A DNA stretch of 64,000 nt, from assembly GCF_026965535.1 (NCBI RefSeq), contig NZ_CP114039.1:8163461-8227460 (forward strand), written 5' to 3'. The stretch's first letter is position 1. Every line of letters begins with the position of its first letter. This DNA comes from Corallococcus sp. NCRR (GTDB taxonomy: Bacteria > Myxococcota > Myxococcia > Myxococcales > Myxococcaceae). Position numbers and translations under genes: made by a program. Positions 27,701-34,262 of the stretch are shown here, in pieces. The notes beneath the pieces were generated by a model. It was not told the origin of the DNA, did not search any database, and saw only the letters and a list, made by a program, of their open reading frames with translations.

Positions 27701-28427
27701 TCCATTCCAGCACCCACTCCAGGACCTGCAGCCCCGTCTCGATCGAGTCCCCCAGCCCGCGCGCCAGCGGCTCGGCTTCCTCCAGGGCGAAGTCCGTCAA
27801 CTCCACCCGCTGCCCCAGGTTGAAGGGCGTGCGCTTCTCGTCCTGGATGAGGTCTCCCGGGGTCGCCACGCCCACGAGCACGAACGAGATGCGCAGCAGC
27901 TCCGGGTTGCTGGCCCGGGCGTTGTAGAGGTAGCGGATGGCCGCGTAGAAGTCGTCCGTGAAGCCCATCCCCAGCGTGGTGTCGATCTCGTCCACGAAGA
28001 TGGTCACGCGCTCCCGGACCTCGACGACCACCACTTCTTCCAGGAAGCGGGTCAGCCGCTGCACGGGGCCTTGTCCGGCATGGCGGCTCCACCACTCGGA
28101 CGCGTCCGTGTGCAGCTCGAGCTGCTCCTGGATGACGACCAGCAGTCCCACGTACCACTGCTCCGCCGTCACCTGTTTGCCAATGCGGGTCAGGTCGATG
28201 ATGACCGAGCGGATGCCCTCTTCGTAGAGCTGCTCCGCAGTGCGAACCATCAGGCTGGACTTGCCCATCTGCCGGGCCGTCAGCACGAACGCGAAGGTCC
28301 CCGCCCGGCACAGCTCGACCATCTCCTGGTCCGCGCGCCGGGCCAGGTACACACCGCCGCCCGCCTGCACCGTGCCACCGACGGTGAAGAGGCTCGAATC
28401 GTTCAAGCTTGGGATGTTGTCGAGCAC
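24753..28427 (-). CDS. AAA-like NTPase - TM segment - coiled coil - WD40 repeat protein
   Basis: 1224 aa, GTG start at 28427 (in-frame TGA 7 codons upstream). N-terminal domain homologous to the middle domain of the TIR gene (LTARQMGKSSLMVR, FVDEIDTTLGMGFTDDFYAAIRYLYNAR). Hydrophobic helix LAALGLVIAGFIVLLPASLLLY. ~110-aa Glu/Arg/Ala-rich coiled coil (ERARNAAVTERDRAQRLRDGAEKAR...). ~15 WD40 repeats to the C-terminus. Confidence 0.8.
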   Translation of the reverse strand: MLDNIPSLNDSSLFTVGGTVQAGGGVYLARRADQEMVELCRAGTFAFVLTARQMGKSSLMVRTAEQLYEEGIRSVIIDLTRIGKQVTAEQWYVGLLVVIQEQLELHTDASEWWSRHAGQGPVQRLTRFLEEVVVVEVRERVTIFVDEIDTTLGMGFTDDFYAAIRYLYNARASNPELLRISFVLVGVATPGDLIQDEKRTPFNLGQRVELTDFALEEAEPLARGLGDSIETGLQVLEWVLEWTGGHPYLTQRLCQALVDHYRLTDGALWTRESTQQVMERTFFAERSFQDNNLVFVRDMLTRRAPDPERVLRTYQDIRRGRRVLDEERSLVKSHLKLSGVVRREGDLLRVRNSIYERVFTVPWARNQLPVDWRVVRLAALGLVIAGFIVLLPASLLLYARLAETERARNAAVTERDRAQRLRDGAEKARSLAEKEAETIVARATAAQEEATRIERNARAEAQKSRQEAERFREEARWLQAEARQAQEKKAQAEREIAQAKDETALRLREAASYVFMNKADATLRSASSNLTVSTALSTEAVRLHGSPEAMDSLIRSLVQLRHPLTTRMEHEGNVLAVAFSPDGTQVLTAGEDHTARLWEIPMGYAGYQRQVLRHDDVVTAVAFSRDGRMAATASDDGTTRLWDTRTWTSRMTSARHDGGINAVAFSPDGTRVATAGEDRFVRIWSTATGLALGEPLEHRSRVLSVAFSPDGRTLITAGADKAARTWDAETGKRVGKILQHKTRIMSVAVSPDGALVATAGEDKLARLWELASGRELMALRHDKAVTSVAFSPDGALVATASEDKTVRLWNAATGKQQVLLPHKSRVNAVAFSPDGRQLVTATEGGLALLWALAPGPPLVQLPHETAVTQLAFSPDGRLLATATEGKAASLWRADTGEPSGPPLVHDGRVLDVAFSPDGTRVVTAGADKVARVWRVSDGALLMRLPHAGRVMDVAFSPDGTLVATASEDHTARLWEVATGHERVRLEHAEGVDSVAFSPDGGVLATSGDEGLIRLWDTRSGASRVPPLKHAARIVAFSPDGTRLATAGDDNTARLWSVATGEPLGSPLQHGLVVTALAFSPDGLSLVTASEDSKARVWDVATGQERQQLQHDNTVTSVAFSPDGGLLITASEDGSARLWEAATGRRLASLPVEKRVRAVAFSPDGTRVATASDDGVARLWPVRASDWIELACLLLPRNLKPEEWPADVREVAPYRQTCSRLPLTQ

Positions 28428-28457
28428 GCCGTCAGAGCCCCTTTCTCAGGCGCTAAG

Positions 28458-28473
28458 AGCAAGCTCTGGGCCA
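28458..28473 (-). promoter_or_regulatory. candidate sigma-54 promoter of the NTPase/TIR/CHAT operon (TGGCCC-N5-TTGCT)
   Basis: Minus-strand reading cTGGCCCagagcTTGCTctt, with GG and GC 10 nt apart. ~30 nt to GTG, with AAGGGG Shine-Dalgarno between. Array A lies 48 bp upstream. Confidence 0.5.
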
Positions 28474-28520
28474 GTCCGCGTGCCCTGCGGGGGCACCGGT
28501 CATCGAGCGGACGGATGGGC

Positions 28521-28556
28521 GCTGACGCGCAAATGACGCGTCAGTTGCGCGTCAGC
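28521..28556. promoter_or_regulatory. 10-mer array A: perfect 36-bp palindrome of three 10-mers at 11-bp phasing (putative enhancer/UAS)
   Basis: GCTGACGCGCAA-a-TGACGCGTCA-g-TTGCGCGTCAGC. Outer units are reverse complements of each other and the centre unit is self-palindromic (contains an ACGCGT core). Confidence 0.55.
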
Positions 28557-28581
28557 GGAGCACGGTCGCCAGGCTGCCCGG

Positions 28582-30135
28582 CTACGGGAGAGGCGGCGCG
28601 GGGATGGAGCGGTCCGAAGTGGGCTCGCCCAATAGCAAAAGCAGTTCCGCTCGCCGGTTCTCGCCCCGTCCTGCCTGTGTGCCATTGGAGCCCAAAGGCC
28701 GACGTGCCCCGAGGCCTCGGGCTTCCAACCGGTGCGCCGGGACGCCCTTGCGCAGCAGGTAGTCACGCACCGCCTCCGCGCGGGCCAGGGACAGGCGCTG
28801 GTTGGAGGCGGAGGAACCTTCCGCGTCCGTGTGCCCTTCAATGACGACGCGCTCCACTTCTGGATGCTCGATGAGCACCCGAGCGACCTGATCCAGCACG
28901 CGCGAGCGGTCCGGCAGCGTCGTCACGCCGACCTCGAAGAAGACCTGACCGTGGAGGATGAGGCGCTCGCGGGTCAGGGTGACGAGCGGGTCACCCGTCT
29001 CGGGGCAACCGCCATGCTCCCGGGTCCCCTTCTCGTGGATGCAGGCGTCGAGCACGTCCACGACGCCGTCCCCATCCGTGTCGGTCTCGGTGGCTGACGG
29101 CTCCGGCGTGGGAGGCTCGGGAGGTGGGGGTTCGGAAGGCGTGGGCTCGGGCTCGAGCTGGGGCTCGGCGGGAGCACGCGGCAGGCCCGTGACGAGCTCG
29201 TAGACGATGTTCTCCGGGGGCGGACGCGGCGGCTTGTCGAAGAGCAACAGGGCTACTCCCGCGAGCACCCGGAAGCGGGGCACCCCGGGCTCCGAGCCCA
29301 GCCCCGCCCCCCCCATGGCGAAGAACTCCCACGGACGGACGGGGGCGTAGCGCAGACCGCCCAGCAGCTCGCCGCTGACGCGCTGCTGCCGAAAGGAGTA
29401 GGCGCCCAACGCGGACACCTCCGCGCGGAAGGCGTACCCCACCGTCAGCCCCGCGCCTGCCCGCAGCTCGTTGCCCACGCCGTTAAGGCCCTCCACGCTG
29501 GAGTCGGACACCGACCGACGAAGGAGCACACCCAGCTCCAGTGCTGGAGCCACGGCCCCCCACCGCTTGCCCATCATGACGCGGCCCTGGCCGCGGACGC
29601 CCCGGTCACGGGCAAGCGCGCCCGAACCGCCCACGGGCAACCGCATGTCCAGGTCGAGCGCCAGGTGGAAGGCCTCGGGAGCGGAGGTCCCCAGCAAGCC
29701 GAACCGGGCCGCGAGCCGTGGCGCCCCGAGCCCGCTGTGTGAAGGCGATGCGATGGACAGCGAGGTGCTCAGGTCCGCGCCGCTCTGGTGGATGACGCCC
29801 GGAAGCTGGGCCTGGAGCTCCAACCAGGGCAGCACGCCAACGGCCAGCGACACCAGTCCGGTGGTCCGGGACAGGACGAGCGAGGGCTCCAGCAAGCCGT
29901 TCGCGATCCTCAAAGGGGAGTGCTGGTAGTGCGCCATCAAGGAGATGCGCAGCGCTCCGGGCGCAAGCAACTCACCATTCCCGAGCGCCAGGGGCCCCAG
30001 TCCCGGATTGGGGTCCAGGCGCTCCAGGGAGAACGTGGGCAGGGCCGTGGCGTCCTGGGCCCGCGCGGGGGTGGCGAGCAGCAACAGCCCCAGCGCGGCC
30101 GCGCCACGCGCACATCGGTGCCAGACCGGACCCAT
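28582..30135 (-). CDS. OmpA-family protein (C-terminal OmpA/peptidoglycan-binding domain), Pro-rich linker
   Basis: Signal peptide MGPVWHRCARGAAALGLLLLATPARAQ (ATG 30133-30135; alternative ATG 30153 or in-frame GTG 30228 inherited from the duplicated leader). Pro/Glu linker PEPTPSEPPPPEPPTPEP, thrombospondin-type TDTDGDGVVD. C-terminal OmpA signature VVIEGHTDAEGSSASNQRLSLARAEAVRDYL. Confidence 0.8.
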   Translation of the reverse strand: MGPVWHRCARGAAALGLLLLATPARAQDATALPTFSLERLDPNPGLGPLALGNGELLAPGALRISLMAHYQHSPLRIANGLLEPSLVLSRTTGLVSLAVGVLPWLELQAQLPGVIHQSGADLSTSLSIASPSHSGLGAPRLAARFGLLGTSAPEAFHLALDLDMRLPVGGSGALARDRGVRGQGRVMMGKRWGAVAPALELGVLLRRSVSDSSVEGLNGVGNELRAGAGLTVGYAFRAEVSALGAYSFRQQRVSGELLGGLRYAPVRPWEFFAMGGAGLGSEPGVPRFRVLAGVALLLFDKPPRPPPENIVYELVTGLPRAPAEPQLEPEPTPSEPPPPEPPTPEPSATETDTDGDGVVDVLDACIHEKGTREHGGCPETGDPLVTLTRERLILHGQVFFEVGVTTLPDRSRVLDQVARVLIEHPEVERVVIEGHTDAEGSSASNQRLSLARAEAVRDYLLRKGVPAHRLEARGLGARRPLGSNGTQAGRGENRRAELLLLLGEPTSDRSIPAPPLP

Positions 30136-30261
30136 CCGTGCATCTTCCGTCATGTCGCGCTCGGGGCGAAGGGGAATGGCGGGGTGCGGCATCCGGCGGG
30201 TCGCAGCCAGACGGATGTCGTTGAGCACGCCGTCAGAGCCGCCTCGTCCGTGGGCTCCAAG

Positions 30262-30277
30262 AGCACACTCCGGGCCA
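30262..30277 (-). promoter_or_regulatory. candidate sigma-54 promoter for the ompA-like gene (TGGCCC-N5-GTGCT)
   Basis: Minus-strand reading cTGGCCCggagtGTGCTctt. Same position within repeat B as the gene-12 promoter within repeat A. Confidence 0.45.
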
Positions 30278-30325
30278 GCCCACGTGCCGACCAGAGGGCT
30301 TCAGGCATCGCGCGACCGGATGGCC

Positions 30326-30361
30326 GCTGATGCGCAACTGACGCGTCAGTTGCGTGTCAGC
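30326..30361. promoter_or_regulatory. 10-mer array B (near-palindrome, 11-bp phasing) in divergent intergenic region
   Basis: GCTGATGCGCAA-c-TGACGCGTCA-g-TTGCGTGTCAGC, with 2 mismatches relative to perfect two-fold symmetry. Flanked by a minus-strand GG-N10-GC ~50 bp to the left and a plus-strand TGGCAC-N5-GTGCA ~68 bp to the right. Confidence 0.55.
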
Positions 30362-30429
30362 GCCGAAGGAAGCGGGAGGCGCCGCGGGCCATCACCACCG
30401 CCGTCCTCTGCTGGCGCTCCCGCACTGAT

Positions 30430-30445
30430 TGGCACCCTGGGTGCA
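30430..30445 (+). promoter_or_regulatory. candidate sigma-54 promoter for the large surface lipoprotein gene (TGGCAC-N5-GTGCA)
   Basis: tTGGCACcctggGTGCAaag has a perfect -24 hexamer and conserved -12 GC. ~60 nt to the ATG at 30505. Confidence 0.55.
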
Positions 30446-30504
30446 AAGCAATGCCTGGCCGCCTGCTCCACAGGCGATGCCCAAACCCTAGCGGAGCGCC
30501 CCGG

Positions 30505-33500
30505 ATGCGCCGACTCCAGTCATTGCTTGCCCTGAGTCTGTCTTTCCTTGTCGCTTGCGCCCCGGTGGCACCGGACGCTCCTGACTCGGCCAGCGAAGCC
30601 TCGCAAACGCACGCCCTGGATTTGACCCGTACCTTTGATACCACGGTGTCTTGGACCGGTGCTTCGAGGTGCTCGACCTGCAACAGCCAGTACTATGCCT
30701 GTTCAGACAACACGGGGAACTGGAACAACGGGGTCCAGGAGTTCGCGGACCCGGTTCCTGCTGGTTGGGTCGTCACGGGTGCGAAGGTGACGGTCGGCGT
30801 CCGGGGCTACGATGGTGGGCTCATGACCGTGCTGCTGAACGATCAGGCTCTGGGAAGCTTCAATCCTGCGCTCACCTCGGTCTTCGATTGCCACAGCTGC
30901 CAGACGCAGGTCTTCAGCCGCACCTGGTCCGATCCGAAGGGGATGCCCGGATACCAGTATCGGGGCAAGAACTCCCTCAAACTGCAGACGGACAAGACCA
31001 ACTGCGTAGCTTCCGCGACGATCACGTTGACCGCGGCACGGCCACTCCTTCAGTACAGCGCCAGCAGTCTGCCCTTCGGCGCTGTCTCGCTGGGCACATC
31101 CAGCACCCAGACCGTGACCCTGACCAACACAGGCGATACACGTCTTGTCATTGAAAAACCCAGCGTCCCCCCGCCATTCACGCTCGCGGTGGTGGCCGAT
31201 CCCCTCGTCATCAACACTGGAAGCAGCGTGAACCTGAGCGTAACGTTCACCCCCAAGGAGGAGAGCTACGCCTCCGGAATGCTGTCGTTCCAAAGTAGTG
31301 ACCCCGACCTCCCGCATGTCGGGATCTCGCTGCAGGGCACGGGAGGCCTCGCCCGGCTCTCGGTCAATCCCACCGCTCTCGATTTCGGGGCGGTGCGGGT
31401 TGGAACGACCAGCAGCAAGTCAGTTTTCCTGAAGAATTCAGGGTCCCTCCCGATCGTCCTCTCCTCCGTCTCCACCCGGTCCCCCTTTTCGGTCGACGGA
31501 GTGCCTCCAGAGGGCCTCATCCTAAAGCCGAATGAAGTCCATTCACTCACGGTGTCTTTCACTGCATCGGCTGGAGTTTCCACCGAGGCCTTGCATGTCC
31601 AATCGACCCCATTCGCCGAGATTGCATTGCGTGGAAAGGGAATCGAATCCTCCATCGCTATGGCAACCTCTTCGATGGACTTCGGCATCCACTCAGTGGA
31701 AGGCCAATCCATCATAAAATCGCTCACGGTATTCAACCAAGGGCAGGCCGACCTCTTCATCCAAAGCGTCAGCGTCAAGCCCCCCTTTACAGTGAAAACC
31801 GCCCCCACCCTGACCATCAAGGCACAGGGCAAAGCGGAACTACAGCTCGCCTACAGCCCCCAGGAGGGTCAGGCGAACGACAAGCTCATCCTCAAGAGCG
31901 ATGACCTGCGGACTCCGGAGTTGCAGATTGACCTCACGGCAACGGGAGTGAAGGGCGAAGCGCTTGAGATTACAATGCCTGACGGTGGCCTTGATTTCGG
32001 CAAGCAGGATGTCCATGCCCCAAGCCCCCCTCGGATCCTGACTCTCAAGAACACGGGACCCGCGACGCTCGTCGTTGAGCCCATCCAGGCCCCCACTGGA
32101 TACTCCGTAACCCCGGCCGACCGTCGCGCACTCGCACCAGGAACCGCAGTCCCTCTCCAGGTGACGTTCGAGCCGACATCCATCGGCCAATTCACCCATG
32201 ATCTCACAATTACAACAGATGGCCCAGGAGGGGGGGCCCAGTCGCAACCGCTCAACGGACAGGGAGCCGAAGCCGATCTGAAAGCCTATCCTGCCGCGCT
32301 GTCGTGGTTGGACGCCGGGGTGGAGGTGGGAGACACCAGTAGCCCATTGACGCTGACGCTCGCCAATGAAGGCGAAGAGGGACTCACCATCAACACCGTC
32401 GCGGTGGAGGGGCCGTTCTCCCTGCAGGCTCCGTCATTCCCAAAGACATTGGGGCCCAATTCCGCACTCCCCCTGACGGTCACCTTCAAGCCCGCGGCCC
32501 GTGGGAATGCGTCCGGATTGCTTCGGGTGTTCTTGGCGACGCACAAGCCCCCCATGGTCGTGAAACTCCACGGCACCGGATTCCAGGCGGCCCCCCGAAT
32601 CTCCCATGCCATCCTGGATTTTGGAGGGCAGCGGCTCTCCACAACGAGCGCACCGCTTGAGATGACGCTGTTCAACACCGGAACCGCGAACCTCCTCGTG
32701 ACGGCGGTGAATGTGACGGGGCCCTTCTCGGTTTCGGAACTCACCCCGGGAGTCCAGATCGTGCCGGGAGGCAAACACCCCATCCGAGCGACCTACAAGC
32801 CTGTCGAGGCGGGGGCGGAGAGCGGGATGCTGGAAATCCAGGGTGGGCTTCCGGGTCCCGTCCAGGTAGTGCTGCGGGGCGCGGGGACCACGGCGTCGCT
32901 CGAATCCTCCGTCACGGCGGTGTCCTTTGGTTCGCAGGACATGGGCACCACGCAGCACCGGGCCGTGGAGTTGCTCAATACGGGCACGAGCCCCGTCACC
33001 GTTTCCAGGCTCGACCGCTCGGAAGGATTCTCCATCTCAGGCCTGCCCCTGCCCCACGAGCTGACGCCCGGCGAGAGACATCACTTCCACGTGAGCTTCA
33101 CGCCGGCCCGGGCAGGCGATCATTCCGGGTCGCTTGCGCTGTTCCACGACGCCTCCCCGTCACCGCTCACGATCGCGGTACAGGGTACTGGCGTGGCGGA
33201 GGCAATGACGGTGACACCAGGCTCCATCGCGTTCGGCAACCAGCGGGTGAATACCTCCAGCGAGTCCATTCCCCTGGAAATCACCAACACCGGCAGCGCT
33301 CCCGTAACCGTGGCCGTGGAGTCCTCCGACACCGCCTTCCAGGTGGACACTCGCGGGGTCGCGGCCCCCATGCCTGCGGGAGGCCGGGCCACCGTCGAGG
33401 TGGCGTTCCGCCCGACGCAATCTGGTCCAGTGCGTGGCGAACTCCGCGTCGTGCCGAGCGGGAACGGACTCGCCCCAACCGTCGTTCTCGTAGAGGGCTC

Positions 33501-33750
33501 CGGCGAGGCCATCACCGTGGAGGGAAGCGGCTGCTCCGCAGGAGGGCCCGGCGGAGTCTGGATGCTGGCGGCATGGACGTTGGCGATGCGGATGACCAGG
33601 GGCAGGCGCGGGGCAGGGATTCGCGGAGCAGCGCAGTTATTAGAGAGGCGGCGCGGAGGAGGCGGGCGGGCTCGGGTTCGCCCAGAGTCAGTCGCAACTC
33701 GACGCGACGGTCCGCCCTCTGACCTGTCTATGTTCCATTGGAGCCGCTAG
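30505..33750 (+). CDS. large surface lipoprotein with ~9 choice-of-anchor-D-like beta-sandwich repeats and an internal MYXO-CTERM-like motif
   Basis: Lipoprotein signal MRRLQSLLALSLSFLVACAP. Cys-rich N-terminal domain. Repeated ~95-aa modules (L.FG.V.VG..S...V.L.N.G...L.I.S......F.......L.P.....L.V.F.P...G.....L.I.S.DP..P...I.L.G.G). GSGCSAGGPGGVWMLAAWTLAMRMTRGRR at aa ~1015-1043 resembles MYXO-CTERM, but the ORF continues ~55 codons beyond it. Confidence 0.75.
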   Translation: MRRLQSLLALSLSFLVACAPVAPDAPDSASEASQTHALDLTRTFDTTVSWTGASRCSTCNSQYYACSDNTGNWNNGVQEFADPVPAGWVVTGAKVTVGVRGYDGGLMTVLLNDQALGSFNPALTSVFDCHSCQTQVFSRTWSDPKGMPGYQYRGKNSLKLQTDKTNCVASATITLTAARPLLQYSASSLPFGAVSLGTSSTQTVTLTNTGDTRLVIEKPSVPPPFTLAVVADPLVINTGSSVNLSVTFTPKEESYASGMLSFQSSDPDLPHVGISLQGTGGLARLSVNPTALDFGAVRVGTTSSKSVFLKNSGSLPIVLSSVSTRSPFSVDGVPPEGLILKPNEVHSLTVSFTASAGVSTEALHVQSTPFAEIALRGKGIESSIAMATSSMDFGIHSVEGQSIIKSLTVFNQGQADLFIQSVSVKPPFTVKTAPTLTIKAQGKAELQLAYSPQEGQANDKLILKSDDLRTPELQIDLTATGVKGEALEITMPDGGLDFGKQDVHAPSPPRILTLKNTGPATLVVEPIQAPTGYSVTPADRRALAPGTAVPLQVTFEPTSIGQFTHDLTITTDGPGGGAQSQPLNGQGAEADLKAYPAALSWLDAGVEVGDTSSPLTLTLANEGEEGLTINTVAVEGPFSLQAPSFPKTLGPNSALPLTVTFKPAARGNASGLLRVFLATHKPPMVVKLHGTGFQAAPRISHAILDFGGQRLSTTSAPLEMTLFNTGTANLLVTAVNVTGPFSVSELTPGVQIVPGGKHPIRATYKPVEAGAESGMLEIQGGLPGPVQVVLRGAGTTASLESSVTAVSFGSQDMGTTQHRAVELLNTGTSPVTVSRLDRSEGFSISGLPLPHELTPGERHHFHVSFTPARAGDHSGSLALFHDASPSPLTIAVQGTGVAEAMTVTPGSIAFGNQRVNTSSESIPLEITNTGSAPVTVAVESSDTAFQVDTRGVAAPMPAGGRATVEVAFRPTQSGPVRGELRVVPSGNGLAPTVVLVEGSGEAITVEGSGCSAGGPGGVWMLAAWTLAMRMTRGRRGAGIRGAAQLLERRRGGGGRARVRPESVATRRDGPPSDLSMFHWSR

Positions 33751-33873
33751 GGGCTGTCCCTGATCTCCGGTCCGAAAATTCAACCTGCTGGATCGGACAT
33801 CGGGATTGGCCCCGGCTTCGGCGGGGGGCATCAGGAGGTTTCCAGCCAGCGCCAGGTATGATCAACGCTGGCC

Positions 33874-34035
33874 GTGCGCCGACATGAACTGAGCGATGCC
33901 GAGTGGAGCCGCATTGAGCCCTTGCTGGGCTCGCGCAGCGGCCCTCCCTCGAAGCGCGGGGACCGCGACTTCATCAACGCCGTCGTCTGGCGCGTGAAGA
34001 CGGGCGTGCAGTGGCGCGACCTGCCCGAGCGATAG
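33874..34035 (+). pseudogene. truncated IS5-family (DUF4096-type N-terminus) transposase remnant
   Basis: GTG-initiated MRRHELSDAEWSRIEPLLGSRSGPPSKRGDRDFINAVVWRVKTGVQWRDLPER* (54 aa) matches the conserved N-terminus of IS5/ISL2-group transposases, which normally run ~250 aa. Premature stop, and the downstream frames do not continue the transposase. Confidence 0.6.
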
Positions 34036-34262
34036 TGAAGTTCAGGGAGGCCATTGGGGGCAGTGTGGCCGCCAGCTTGAATGGGGCCGTCATGCTCATG
34101 CCTATGACGTGGGTAAGCATCGCCGCAGGGCTCGAAAGGCGACGTCAATTGCGGTTTGAATCATGCGGTCGCTTTTTACTGTCCCTCCGTTAGAGGGAGG
34201 GTAGCTCGCCAGAGTCAGATCTTGTCATTCCGAATCGCTGCGCCACTCAAAAGGAGACACCC

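Larger units (their letters stand above)
28405..28562. repeat. ~155-bp direct repeat copy A (contains sigma-54 promoter + 10-mer array; partner at 30205..30364)
   Basis: gatgttgtcgagcacgccgtcagagcc...aagagcaagctctgggccag...gctgacgcgcaaatgacgcgtcagttgcgcgtcagc aligns at ~75% identity with gatgtcgttgagcacgccgtcagagcc...aagagcacactccgggccag...gctgatgcgcaactgacgcgtcagttgcgtgtcagc. It includes the GTG start and first codons (MLDNI vs MLNDI) of the downstream gene. Confidence 0.75.
30205..30364. repeat. ~155-bp direct repeat copy B (partner of 28405..28562)
   Basis: See copy A. Carries palindromic array B and a GG-N10-GC element in the same relative positions. Confidence 0.75.

Noticed and set aside
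30135-30228. In-frame GTG start (MLNDI...) 31 codons upstream of the OmpA signal peptide
   Set aside because: The sequence is a copy of the leader and start of the neighbouring operon carried in by the 155-bp duplication. A 40-residue n-region before the signal h-region is implausible, so the internal ATG is preferred, though it is left as an alternative.
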